Numbered from the stretch's first letter, positions 47,953-57,751 are shown. The stretch is DNA of 64,000 nt from Bdellovibrionales bacterium (GCA_964230645.1 CAXRHT010000002.1:1280001-1344000), one strand, 5' to 3'. Notes: generated from the letters alone by a model not told the origin. Numbers and translations are program-made.

Positions 47953-50621
47953 AATTGATTCCAATCACATTTGCTGCAAAGTTTTTCATCTTCAGGCTGG
48001 GGTTCAATTCTTCCGGCTTGAAGTTCTTCGTAAATTCTTACTAACTCCTCTTCGGCTTGCGTAAACAGCCTCTCTTTATCTTCCTCAGAGATCTTTCCTT
48101 TTTTAGGAAGAAACTCATCGCTCGTTTCTTTCGTGGCAAATCCATAGTTGCGACTCATGTCTTTAAGAACGTAGTAAAAGGCCCCCACAATCTTCTTAGG
48201 ACCAGATTGCAAAACGCCGGCTTCCGTAGCCATAGCATAAAGAATCAGCTGTAGATTGCCTTTTTCAACCCAGGACTTGTACTGACTAATCGAGCCGGCC
48301 GAAGACTTGTAGTCAATGATGACATACTGGCCTCTATCGTCACAGTCGATACGATCGATCTCTCCATTGAAAGCGACTCCCTCCTCGCTTCCCCACTGTA
48401 ACTTGCCATCTTTGACTGAAACATGGGTCCTTATACTCTCTTCAGTAAACGCAGTGGTTGTTTCAGGAAAATCTTGCCGCCATTGACGCTCTTTTTTTAA
48501 AAAATCTTGAGTGCACTTAATATAATAGGGCTTGAGAAATTTCCAGACAGGATCACTGTAAACCACCATCTTAATCTCATCACGGCAACGGTCTAATAGT
48601 TTATCGATTTCTATTTCACTTAAGGCCCAAAGTTTTTGGTCCACGATTTTCTCGCAAACCTTATGCATGAGTCGTCCTTTAGAAAAATGATCAATATCCA
48701 AATCTAATTCCGGTTCTGACCTCAAATGAAGTCCTTTGGCTGCGAAATACTTGAACGGACATTTAAAAAATTCGCTCACTGAAGAGGCTGACAACCGAAA
48801 CTTTTTATAGGGAAGATTTTCAAGATTTTCTAAGCCCAAATCCTGCTGCACCCTTAGTATTCTTCGCTCTTGGAGATCGTCATCAAGAACACTCTCACAA
48901 TCGGGGTTATTGAGCATCAGTTCATCCCAACGAGTCTTCCTCGGAGACTCAAGCTCGAACTTGGGATTCTCCTCAATGGCTCCTTCAAGCCAAAAGAAAG
49001 ACGGAGCCTGAAACTGTCCAAAGAAATCGGTTTCGCTATAGCAATAAAGAATTTCAGAAAGATCTTTTCTCTGTAACCATTCCAAGCGATCAAGAATAAT
49101 CAAGCGATCCGTATGGGGAAGGTTGAACCCAAAATTCATCTTTATCGATTCAATATCAGTCCAATGAAGGGAGGTGTTGAAAGTCTCTAGTGTATTTTCC
49201 TCATTGAGACCGAGAATGACCAGCTTTTCAAATTTTTGGTTTTGAGCTCCCAGGAGTGAAGTGACTGTGACGCCCTCTTCGTGGCTCAACAGTAGTTTTT
49301 TCTCCGTTCGTGAAAACAAGTTCTGAAAAAAGTCCACCCACTGTTCCCGAGTGAGCTTTTCATTTAACAAAAAGACTTCATCAAGAGATGAGACAATTTC
49401 TTCAAAAAGGGAAATATCGTTTTTAGGAAAGAAGGGATAAGACCATTTTAAAAACTCTTGCAACTCCAACCACTCATCAGCGCCCTTTTCTTCAGGGATC
49501 TCAGCCCGCACGTCCTCGTGTCTTTGGTAATCTTTGACATCGTAGATATTTGAAAACAAGGATTGAAACTTTTGAAACTCAAGTGGTGGTAGGTCCTCTT
49601 TAGAAAAGACGAGATTCTCGCCGTCTCCTGACTGAATTTCTGTAAGCGCTAGGCGCAGCTTTGATAACCAAAACTGCACACCCGGAAGTTGAGAAATAGG
49701 GGTGACTGTCTTTTTTAAAACAGGAATCCCCTCCACCACAAAATGCTCATAAAGAGTGGGCCAATAGTTTTCGATCTGAGGCGAGACGATGGCTATTTGA
49801 TTTACATCGACGCCCTTTTCTAGCCACTCCCGTATTTGGCCCACACATTCTTTCACCTCAGAGAGCATGGAAGGTAATTTTTTAAACACTTTTTGGGAAT
49901 CAATTGGTTGCGACTCTAGTCTTTCAGGAGAACAGCGGTCTAGGAGCATTTGATAACTTTCTTTTTCGCTGTAAAGCTCAGGCACAACCACGTGAACCTC
50001 GTTAAAGCGGCTCAGCTCATGAATGAGTTCACTTTCGATGTCATCAAGTTCTAAACTCAAATCAAAAACAATGGGACGCTTTTCCTCCCACTCCGACTCA
50101 TGGTTGAGCAAAATTCCTTTCATCCACTCCAGAGGAATCACCTTGTGTTCAGAGAAACGACGCCACAGCGAACGCCCTAAAAGATACCAATGCTGCCAGC
50201 GATCCTTCGCATCGGGCTTTTCTTGAAACCACTCCTCCAATGCTTCTTCTCCGTGGGAATGACACAACAAAGGGAGAATCTGACCAATGGTTTGATAAGC
50301 TCTTTGGAAGTCTTTTGAGTTAAGGCTGAGATCTTCTTCCAAGATGATTTCTCTCATCCATTTCTCGATCAGGTACTGGGATATATGAGGAGACAGGGGC
50401 TTCCACCGGGGGTCAATTGTAACCAACTGCTTCTGCCAGTACTCACTGGCTCTTAAAATATGGTCACTACATATCAAGGGATTTTGGTGTTTTCTCAAAA
50501 AGGATTGCATCCAAAACTTGGCCTGTAGATCATCCACAATCCAAAGGGGGTTAAGAGTCATTAACTCTTTAAACAGCTCCGGTTTTTGATCAGAATTTTG
50601 GGCAATATAACACTTCAGCAT
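47925..50621 (-). CDS. addB: AddB-like PD-(D/E)XK nuclease with Fe-S cluster
   Basis: LSAS...CPFKYF, GEIDRID, IIDYKS, CSKCDWNQLC. Upstream of and overlapping addA. Start probably ATG 50621 or 50630. Confidence 0.85.
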   Translation of the reverse strand: MLKCYIAQNSDQKPELFKELMTLNPLWIVDDLQAKFWMQSFLRKHQNPLICSDHILRASEYWQKQLVTIDPRWKPLSPHISQYLIEKWMREIILEEDLSLNSKDFQRAYQTIGQILPLLCHSHGEEALEEWFQEKPDAKDRWQHWYLLGRSLWRRFSEHKVIPLEWMKGILLNHESEWEEKRPIVFDLSLELDDIESELIHELSRFNEVHVVVPELYSEKESYQMLLDRCSPERLESQPIDSQKVFKKLPSMLSEVKECVGQIREWLEKGVDVNQIAIVSPQIENYWPTLYEHFVVEGIPVLKKTVTPISQLPGVQFWLSKLRLALTEIQSGDGENLVFSKEDLPPLEFQKFQSLFSNIYDVKDYQRHEDVRAEIPEEKGADEWLELQEFLKWSYPFFPKNDISLFEEIVSSLDEVFLLNEKLTREQWVDFFQNLFSRTEKKLLLSHEEGVTVTSLLGAQNQKFEKLVILGLNEENTLETFNTSLHWTDIESIKMNFGFNLPHTDRLIILDRLEWLQRKDLSEILYCYSETDFFGQFQAPSFFWLEGAIEENPKFELESPRKTRWDELMLNNPDCESVLDDDLQERRILRVQQDLGLENLENLPYKKFRLSASSVSEFFKCPFKYFAAKGLHLRSEPELDLDIDHFSKGRLMHKVCEKIVDQKLWALSEIEIDKLLDRCRDEIKMVVYSDPVWKFLKPYYIKCTQDFLKKERQWRQDFPETTTAFTEESIRTHVSVKDGKLQWGSEEGVAFNGEIDRIDCDDRGQYVIIDYKSSAGSISQYKSWVEKGNLQLILYAMATEAGVLQSGPKKIVGAFYYVLKDMSRNYGFATKETSDEFLPKKGKISEEDKERLFTQAEEELVRIYEELQAGRIEPQPEDEKLCSKCDWNQLCRNPSLNL

Positions 50622-50764
50622 GAGACCCATAAAGGTACCACAAGTTCGGCTTGAGCCTCCACTCCCCACTTGTGTGTCCCGCGTTACCCTCAAAGAGCCT
50701 ATACTTTTTCCATAAGAGCACAGAAGTGATTGCTTCTTCCTCTCCCTCTGACTAACTTCGCAGC

Positions 50765-51268
50765 ATGGTAGAAATTATCCCTTATAATCCGAAGCTGAAA
50801 AAAGCCTTTTTCGACATCAATCACGAGTGGATTTCGAATATGTTCAAAGTGGAGCCTTTTGACCTCGAAGTGATTAGCCACCCTGAGGAGATGATCCTCG
50901 ACAAGGGAGGTTATATCTGGTTTGCCAATCATCCCGAACATGGCGTGATTGGAACCTGTGCTCTTCGCAAAACAGGGGAAGGGGAATTCGAACTGATCAA
51001 AATGGGAGTGCTTGAAAAGGCACGTGGCCTCAAAGCGGGTGAAACTCTCTTAAGGTTCGTGATTCAATTCGCGCGTCAAAGTCCCGATATCCAACTTTGT
51101 TTTCTTCTGACCAACTCCAATTGTAAGGCCGCTATTCATTTGTATGAGAAAAACGGATTTGAACATAGCGATGAGATAAAGCAGCGCTTTGGCCACCTTT
51201 ATGAGCGTTGTGATATCGCAATGAAATTAACCGAACGAACCTCGGTGGGTAGCCCAGAGCCATCTTGA
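50765..51268 (+). CDS. GNAT family N-acetyltransferase
   Basis: IGTCAL, ELIKMGV...RGLKAG, AIHLYEKNGF. Confidence 0.9.
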   Translation: MVEIIPYNPKLKKAFFDINHEWISNMFKVEPFDLEVISHPEEMILDKGGYIWFANHPEHGVIGTCALRKTGEGEFELIKMGVLEKARGLKAGETLLRFVIQFARQSPDIQLCFLLTNSNCKAAIHLYEKNGFEHSDEIKQRFGHLYERCDIAMKLTERTSVGSPEPS

Positions 51269-51464
51269 GCAAAACGAGAGTCGTACTAAGCGTAGCGAGT
51301 GTCATCCTGAGCGCAGCAAGTGTCATCCTGAGCGCAGCGAAGGATCTTGGGTCTTTCGCTTTGCTCAAGACGACATGTTGTAGCCCAAGTGTCATCCTGA
51401 GCGCAGCGAAGGATCTTAGGTCTTTCGCTCCGCTCAAGACGACATGTGTTTGCTCAAGACGACA
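51259..51464. repeat. composite REP-like palindromic repeat cluster (TGTC-tagged)
   Basis: Three degenerate 21-nt units, then two TGTCATCCTGAGCGCAGCGAAGGATCT...GGTCTTTCGCT(TT/CC)GCTCAAGACGACA hairpins and a partial arm. Confidence 0.9.
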
Positions 51465-51654
51465 TACTGATTTCTTTTAATAGGTATTATTACGGCTACT
51501 TATGCTATTGCTGTAATAGTTACCCAAGCCCCTCGGCTTCGGTAAAAAATCTTTTCACAACTCCCATCAATTGCACCCACTTCAGGCATAAGCCTGGACG
51601 ATGACTAGAGGAATTGCTCTATTAAGCCCTCAAGCAAACATTTTAGGGGGGGCC

Positions 51655-52944
51655 ATGTTTATCACTCTACTTTTTATCCTTATCTCTTTGACTCCAAATT
51701 TGGCTTGGTCGATTGACCACCAGTTAGAAGTCGAGAGCGCACAAGACTGGGCCAATTCCTTTCAAACTCCTTACCCTATCTTGGTTTTTGATCGAGATCA
51801 TCTAAACTACCTCTTTGCTAAAAATCAGCTCCAGGGCGATGACAACGAAGGCGCCCGTTTGCAGTTCCTCGGAGAGTACGTTGAAAGACGTATTGGATTT
51901 CCTTTGGAACGAAACGACTTGGTGAATATCGATATTTACCTCACCCAAACAACTGGTATGGCGGCTGCGCTTCCTCTTTTTGAAGGTCATGGTTCTGAGA
52001 AACGTTACAAAATGTGTTCGGTCTTCAGTCTTCCTCCCAATGGCAATGCTAAAGTAGAGAGTGAACGAGTTACGGGACTCAATATCAATGAGGCTTTCGA
52101 GCATTCTCACCAGAGTTTCGAGAATCTTTCTAAAACTATGGACTTTGAATCTCTATACCTATTCTCTCTTTATCACGAAGTGAGTCACTGCTTGGATCAA
52201 AAATACTTGCCAGAAAGTCATGCTTCACAAAGCTCTCATGCCGTTCACCTTTCAGAAGCCTTTGCTGAAGTGATGGCTTATCTCAAACTAACGGAAAGAT
52301 TAGACCCCAATGTTGTTGAGGCGCGAGCGCTTTACCGCACTCTTTACTCACGCAATGTGGGTGTTTTCTTGGCTCAAAACCAAATGGGTAATGCCTTCAA
52401 TCCTCACTACACAAGAGGAGGGGTCATTTACTACCTCACTCCCTATCTAATGGGAGCCTATGAGAAGCTTGTTTTTGAATTAAAAACCGTGGATTTCCAT
52501 AATGACCCACAACTCTTATTAAAATTGGCCGAAGAAATTGTGGAAAACAATAAACTCAGTGGACGAGGCTTCTCTGCGATTGGAATGGCCTTACAAGAGG
52601 GCTTCCCCAAAATTATGCAAAGGTATCAAGACTACGCTTTTGAATCTCCTGATTTCTTTTATAAGAGTTATTTGGAGCTTATGGAATATAAAAACCAAAC
52701 CGAACTGTGGAATCAAAAGGCTTTTAAAGAAACTCTTGAAGAAGCTCCAAGTCTTTTAGCTCCTCCCCTTCCTTTAGCTGAGCTGTGTGAAACTTTGTCC
52801 GGCGAGCCTTGGCAATACTTTGAGACTTTAAATGTTTACCGCGAAATATTCAATTCGGGTCTCTATGAAGTGGAATCAAACAACCAAGCCTATGAAGACT
52901 TAAATCAAGTTTCAGCCATCCTACAAAAGGAGTGCGGAGTCTAA
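51655..52944 (+). CDS. secreted putative zinc metallopeptidase (HExxH...E)
   Basis: Signal peptide from ATG 51655, YHEVSHC and a downstream SEAFAE. Confidence 0.65.
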   Translation: MFITLLFILISLTPNLAWSIDHQLEVESAQDWANSFQTPYPILVFDRDHLNYLFAKNQLQGDDNEGARLQFLGEYVERRIGFPLERNDLVNIDIYLTQTTGMAAALPLFEGHGSEKRYKMCSVFSLPPNGNAKVESERVTGLNINEAFEHSHQSFENLSKTMDFESLYLFSLYHEVSHCLDQKYLPESHASQSSHAVHLSEAFAEVMAYLKLTERLDPNVVEARALYRTLYSRNVGVFLAQNQMGNAFNPHYTRGGVIYYLTPYLMGAYEKLVFELKTVDFHNDPQLLLKLAEEIVENNKLSGRGFSAIGMALQEGFPKIMQRYQDYAFESPDFFYKSYLELMEYKNQTELWNQKAFKETLEEAPSLLAPPLPLAELCETLSGEPWQYFETLNVYREIFNSGLYEVESNNQAYEDLNQVSAILQKECGV

Positions 52945-54056
52945 CGTCTCTGCTTACGAGAGTGGTTTTTAACACTGGGACGCGAGAGTTTGAAAAAAGA
53001 AAAACTTCCTGGATCAATACCAAACTCGAATGTGACTTGCATCATATAGCGACGATCTTCGAGTTGACCCGGGTAAGCTCCAAGCTCCACTCCGTAGGTC
53101 GCCGCATCCACTCTCATCAACCAAAGGTCAAAGCCTGCCCCTAAACTATAGTAGCCTTGATGGAAACCACCTCGAACATCCAGGACGGGCCAGCTAAATT
53201 CAATACCCATATTAATTTTTTTACCGAGCTGCATTTCCGTATCGTTGAGAAACCGATAATCAATGGTCGGTCGAATATCCATAAGAAGACTTTCATAAGT
53301 TAAACCTAAACCTATGATTTGCTCCTGCTCTACTGGACGTGGCGCCAAAGCATCTCCGGTCGGTTCAAAACTAGTGTTCCCCATATCGCGCCAAGTGAAA
53401 GACACTGTGGGCTTTAGAGCTCCAGGAAAAGAGAGTGTCGCGCCAAAATCGAAAGCATAACCTATTCCAGTCCGATTGAATTCATTTTGAATCGACTCAG
53501 AATTAAGCGTAGCAATGGTTGAAACTCCGATAGGTATCTGGCCCCCTTGGCGAGTAACACGCCTTGCTTGAAAGCCTACATCTAACATGTCAGGTACTAG
53601 ATTTAATCCACCACCGGCTACAAATCCGTAATCCACCCGATAATTGGTACGAATATTTGGAAAGACAGGATTGTTGATTAAAAAGTTCCCATCAACCACT
53701 CCGTAAGCACCAAAAGCAAAACTGCCAATTGAGAAAAGCGATTTAGCTCCGGAGTAGACCGTCATGTCTTCTCCGTAGAGGTCGTTAATAATTTGACTGA
53801 CATCATCGTTTTCTGAAGCCAGGTCAATATAATCTTGATAGGAATCAATAGCGTCGGTTCCTAGTGCTGGATCAATGATGGTCCATCGAAAGCCTGTCAT
53901 CTTTGCAAGACCTGCGGGATTGTAAAAAATGGAATCACCGTCATTAACAATGGCGGTATAGGCGTTACCCATTCCGAGGGCGCGAACAGAAAGACCAATG
54001 TCGGCCGCCAAAGCTTGCTGAGTCATAAAGATAAGAAGGAGCCAAAGCTTTTTCAC
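52941..54056 (-). CDS. outer-membrane beta-barrel, FadL/PorV/TraF-like
   Basis: Signal peptide, RALGMGNAYTAIVND..SIFYNPAGL N-terminal plug motif, amphipathic beta-strands, basic C-terminal extension. Confidence 0.75.
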   Translation of the reverse strand: MKKLWLLLIFMTQQALAADIGLSVRALGMGNAYTAIVNDGDSIFYNPAGLAKMTGFRWTIIDPALGTDAIDSYQDYIDLASENDDVSQIINDLYGEDMTVYSGAKSLFSIGSFAFGAYGVVDGNFLINNPVFPNIRTNYRVDYGFVAGGGLNLVPDMLDVGFQARRVTRQGGQIPIGVSTIATLNSESIQNEFNRTGIGYAFDFGATLSFPGALKPTVSFTWRDMGNTSFEPTGDALAPRPVEQEQIIGLGLTYESLLMDIRPTIDYRFLNDTEMQLGKKINMGIEFSWPVLDVRGGFHQGYYSLGAGFDLWLMRVDAATYGVELGAYPGQLEDRRYMMQVTFEFGIDPGSFSFFKLSRPSVKNHSRKQRR

Positions 54057-54880
54057 GGACAGCTCCCAGCATTAGCGGCCGTACAATCTTCAAAGTTGTT
54101 CCCCCCGCAGGAATCAATCCCAATGTCACTGGAACCGATAGCAAGTCTTAAAGCCTGCACTTCGTTTGAGTTAAAGTCTTCAGGCTCAACAGCTTGGCAA
54201 AAAACCTCGAGGTAATCGTTATTGTCCGCCTGACAGAGAGCCTGCACCTCATCTGTGGCTCCTTCAATGTAATCAGTTCCAATGGCTTGTAGACTGACAA
54301 TCGTTAACCCAAGGCTATGCCCAAGTTCACGTACCATCTCGTCTGGAAAGTCAGTATTATTGCACTGATCAAAAGTGGCATCTGCACTGCCATTATCGTC
54401 GGTGTCTGCAAGACTTGATAAAATAGTTCCAATCTTTGCTAGAGAGTTAAATGCAAGAAGGAGGTTTTCATCGCCATTGCGAGCACTTTCATCACCAATA
54501 AACTCAATGATTTCCTCAGCATTCATACAGTCCTGAACATTGGTCGGCAAAGCCCCAGGGAAAGCACCCATAAGTAATGTGAAAAGTGTTTGTGATCCTC
54601 CCGAGGTGTTCTGTAGTGACTCAAGTAGTGTTAAAAATTCCAATCCACAACGACCCGAATAGGCCGAGGCGTATACAGGTATTCTATCGCGTGCTTGTAA
54701 ATAGACCGGTTCAATGGATTCTAATATATCGATGGCTTCTGAATAAGCTCTTTCATTGAGTCTTTGTTTAGCGGCAAAAAACTTCGCTTCATTGGTGTCT
54801 TTGTCAGCGATTTCATCGAAAATATTTTCGCTACAACCTAAAGCGACTAGTAAAATAAAACTGTAAAAGATTTTTTTCAT
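54053..54880 (-). CDS. Cys-rich acidic lipoprotein with TPR-like N-terminus
   Basis: Lipobox ALGC, 8 further Cys, AKQRLNERAYSEAIDIL helix pair. Confidence 0.8.
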   Translation of the reverse strand: MKKIFYSFILLVALGCSENIFDEIADKDTNEAKFFAAKQRLNERAYSEAIDILESIEPVYLQARDRIPVYASAYSGRCGLEFLTLLESLQNTSGGSQTLFTLLMGAFPGALPTNVQDCMNAEEIIEFIGDESARNGDENLLLAFNSLAKIGTILSSLADTDDNGSADATFDQCNNTDFPDEMVRELGHSLGLTIVSLQAIGTDYIEGATDEVQALCQADNNDYLEVFCQAVEPEDFNSNEVQALRLAIGSSDIGIDSCGGNNFEDCTAANAGSCP

Positions 54881-54881
54881 G

Positions 54882-55946
54882 TTAAAACCTTATTGCTAGT
54901 TTCAAAATTCCTTGGCGATCTCGTCGACTATAAGTGCCAATGTTAATTTCTTCTGAGTATGTGGCCAGTTGCCATTGCAGAAGGCCTGTGGCGTATTCAA
55001 AGCCGGCTGTCCAATCACCCTCGTGATATCCAAGACGTAGAAAATAAGCGTCGAATAAATTGACCTCGGTTCCTATATGGAGTCGATCCATATGATCCTC
55101 TACATTCTCGGTGTTATCGATTCCGGAGTACTCGACGGTGAAAACTCCCAGTGAGTGCTTCCCGTAAATGGGAAAAAGGGCAAAGGCCGCATCGACGGAC
55201 TGAGCTTGAAATTGAGGCCGGCCATTGGAGGCATTTCCAAAAGCACCATCTCCAAAAGTAAAAGAGGTTCCGCCGACATCGCGGACAAGAAAAGTCAAAG
55301 TAGGCAAATATTTCCAAGGGGCTGCAAATGTGAGTCCTGTATCAAGAGAAAGTCCCATGCCTTCGGTTGCAAAGGAGCTCAATGCTAAAGAGTCTGTACT
55401 TGGGTCCCTGGAACCTAAAAACTCGACACGATTAATTAAACGCCCTGCAAATCCAAGCTTTATTCTACCGCCCCAAAAACTGAGGTTACTCCCAAGGTTT
55501 ACGGAGTAGTCGTTCTGATATTGGTAGTCCATGCTTCCATCGGCATTGCGTTTTGCTAAAACTTCATAACGTCCTAAAACGCCAAAGCCAAAATTAGGAA
55601 CGACAAGAGATGGAAATACCTGACCTTTAAAATAGTAAGGGTTATCAAGGTTGTCACCGAGCTGATTGTAGACTGTTTCTGGATTCACTGATTCTAATAT
55701 ACCTGTTCCCACTAAGGTTTCCGAGTCATCAAGACCACTGGTAAGTTCAGGATCAAAAAGTGTATAAAAGGAATCTCTCAAACGACCCAGACCATTGGGA
55801 TTGGATAACACGGCTGTTTCATCATTCACCACCGCAATGCTGGCGCCACCCATGCCCATCTGGCGAACTCCTCGATAAAATTCGAAGTTGCCCCATGTGG
55901 GTTGAGTTAACGTTAGTAAAATAAATAATAGCCCGTACTGTTTCAT
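54882..55946 (-). CDS. outer-membrane beta-barrel, FadL/PorV/TraF-like
   Basis: RQMGMGGASIAVVND..AVLSNPNGL motif, C-terminal LKLAIRF beta-signal. Paralog of 52941-54056. Confidence 0.78.
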   Translation of the reverse strand: MKQYGLLFILLTLTQPTWGNFEFYRGVRQMGMGGASIAVVNDETAVLSNPNGLGRLRDSFYTLFDPELTSGLDDSETLVGTGILESVNPETVYNQLGDNLDNPYYFKGQVFPSLVVPNFGFGVLGRYEVLAKRNADGSMDYQYQNDYSVNLGSNLSFWGGRIKLGFAGRLINRVEFLGSRDPSTDSLALSSFATEGMGLSLDTGLTFAAPWKYLPTLTFLVRDVGGTSFTFGDGAFGNASNGRPQFQAQSVDAAFALFPIYGKHSLGVFTVEYSGIDNTENVEDHMDRLHIGTEVNLFDAYFLRLGYHEGDWTAGFEYATGLLQWQLATYSEEINIGTYSRRDRQGILKLAIRF

Positions 55947-55973
55947 AACCTCTTCCTTGAAGTTCTTAACTAT

Positions 55974-56001
55974 TAATCGGAGCTTTGATGTCTCAACTTG
56001 A
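55974..56001 (-). promoter_or_regulatory. sigma28-like promoter of the barrel-lipoprotein-barrel operon
   Basis: Minus strand TCAAG-N15-TCCGATTA, overlapped by the palindrome GTCTCA-ACT-TGAGAA (55990-56004). Confidence 0.5.
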
Positions 56002-56166
56002 GAAGCCGATGAATTTCCTTTTGAGACCCCACAATAGTCCAGTGCGATACTAGTTGCTGGATAAAAGTCGACGGATGGATTTGCAAAAAGCCATGGCCCC
56101 GGCCTGCATTTTTTATTAAAATAAGGGAATAAAAAGACATCCCATTTTTATTTCATCGGAGGAAAT

Positions 56167-56850
56167 ATGAACCGGCTCTCAGGATTTTTTTTGCTTGTTG
56201 CCACAGGCCTACTCTTTACAGCTTGCGAGGACAAACAACAGACAAACCTTTATAAGGCCCAAATTTGTATCGACAACGCCACTCCAGCCACCGCTGATGC
56301 CTGTCTCAATGATATCGCAGGGCAAACCTCTGAGAGGGCCTACGTTTTGAGATGTTCCGCGGCTTTTATTTCTCAGGGTATTGATGAAGACGCTATTGTC
56401 GCAGCCCTTGAAAATATTGATGGCAGTGAGGAAGGTGTTAACCCGACCACCCCAACCATTGCCGCTTTAGCAATGGCGGATACCACAGCTTCAAGGGACG
56501 CCTTAGAGGTTTGCAGCCTCACAAATTCCGAGGTCCTTACCGCTCTTGCCAGCTTTTCAAATATGGCGACAGGAATTAAGAGCCTTTTAGGGTTTACCGA
56601 TGGAGCGACTGCTGAAGATATCGAAACTCTGCTTGAAGACTACAAGAATAACCCCGGTAATTACGATGATGCCAAAAAAGAGGAACTCGGCAATACAGTC
56701 TTAGCTAGTCAAGACAGTCTATGTAATCCTGATGATGGTTACATGAAAGACGATGAGGCCTGTGATGATATTAATACGGCGGTTTCTAATAATCCCAACG
56801 ACCCGACGGAGATTGCCAACGAATTATTAAACCTGATCGAAGAAGATTAA
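56167..56850 (+). CDS. Cys-rich acidic lipoprotein
   Basis: GGAGG RBS, lipobox FTAC, 6 further Cys. Confidence 0.82.
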   Translation: MNRLSGFFLLVATGLLFTACEDKQQTNLYKAQICIDNATPATADACLNDIAGQTSERAYVLRCSAAFISQGIDEDAIVAALENIDGSEEGVNPTTPTIAALAMADTTASRDALEVCSLTNSEVLTALASFSNMATGIKSLLGFTDGATAEDIETLLEDYKNNPGNYDDAKKEELGNTVLASQDSLCNPDDGYMKDDEACDDINTAVSNNPNDPTEIANELLNLIEED

Positions 56851-56876
56851 GGTTTTTCCACTACTAGCCTAGAACA

Positions 56877-57058
56877 TGTCGTCTTGAGGGAAAAAATGTC
56901 AGCTCGAGCGAACACATTGTCGTCTTGAGCAAAGCGAAAGACCTTAGATCCTTCGCTACGCTCAGGATGACACTTGGCCTAAATCATGTCGTCTTGAGCA
57001 AAGCGAAAGACCTTAAGATCCTTCGCTACGCTCAGGAGGACATGCGCTCAGGAGGACA
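56877..57058. repeat. composite REP-like palindromic repeat cluster (reverse orientation to 51.3 kb)
   Basis: Two TGTCGTCTTGAGCAAAGCGAAAGACC...GATCCTTCGCTACGCTCAGGA(T/G)GACA hairpins plus partial arms. Confidence 0.9.
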
Positions 57059-57060
57059 AT

Positions 57061-57095
57061 AAAAAAAAGCCATGCAGATATGCATGGCTTTTTTT
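57061..57095. terminator. bidirectional intrinsic terminator between the lipoprotein gene and rpsD
   Basis: AAAAAAAAGCCATGCA-gata-TGCATGGCTTTTTTT. Confidence 0.9.
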
Positions 57096-57118
57096 GATTA
57101 GGGCTCTGTAAATAAATA

Positions 57119-57751
57119 TTAAACAGAACGAAGTGAGTAATACTCGGCAAAAAGATTGGTGTTGAATCCAAAAGGAATGGAATCAATACCTGGAACGTCT
57201 TTAACTGTTCCTACCGTTTTACCCTCTTTATCACCTTTTTCGAGATAATCAGGAGTATCGAGTCTAGGAGCATCCTGACATTGAATCACAACCTGATGCT
57301 CGTAAGATTTATCTTTTAAAGAAACCACGTCACCAACTTTAAGAACCGCTGAACCTACGTCAACTTTCTTACCATTCACTTGAACATGCCCGTGGCTAAC
57401 GAGTTGTCTCGCCGAACGGATGCTTGGAGCAAAACCAAGACGGAAAACGGTGTTGTCTAAGCGAAGCTCAAGACGTCCAGCCAATGCACTAATCCAGTTT
57501 TTCGTTGCGCTACCTTGCTTGGCATCACGGATAAAGCGACGAAGTTGCTTCTCGCGAAGTCCGTAGTGAAACATGACCTTCTGTTTTTCTTCTAGCTGAA
57601 GGGCATAGTTTGAAAATTTCTTTCTTTTGTTACCCGCTTCCCCTGGTGGATAAGGGCGTCTTTCTAGGGCTCCAGCCTTTCCAAGACCGGGCAGTTCTGT
57701 CCCAAGACGGCGTTGAATTCTAAAACGGGCTTTGCTTTTATCTTTGCTCAT
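57119..57751 (-). CDS. rpsD: 30S ribosomal protein S4 (no N-terminal zinc-binding Cys), stand-alone
   Basis: RRPYPPG, YALQLEEKQK, YGLREKQL, LELRLDNTVFRLGFA, ARQLVSHGH. GGAG RBS before ATG 57751. Confidence 0.95.
   Translation of the reverse strand: MSKDKSKARFRIQRRLGTELPGLGKAGALERRPYPPGEAGNKRKKFSNYALQLEEKQKVMFHYGLREKQLRRFIRDAKQGSATKNWISALAGRLELRLDNTVFRLGFAPSIRSARQLVSHGHVQVNGKKVDVGSAVLKVGDVVSLKDKSYEHQVVIQCQDAPRLDTPDYLEKGDKEGKTVGTVKDVPGIDSIPFGFNTNLFAEYYSLRSV

Noticed and set aside
44956..50621. Novel helicase-nuclease defence system
   Set aside because: Gene order, sizes and motifs, including the Fe-S Cys of the nuclease, fit ordinary AddAB recombination repair.
51259..51464. CRISPR array
   Set aside because: The units are inverted-arm hairpins without unique spacers of regular length, and there are no cas genes.
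51132..51480. ORFs 51132-51437 and 51265-51480
   Set aside because: Translations of the REP-like repeat (VILSAAKDL, SFAALRMT), not real genes.
52941..55946. Conjugative element suggested by TraF-like barrels
   Set aside because: No relaxase, VirB4/TraC, coupling protein or integrase nearby.
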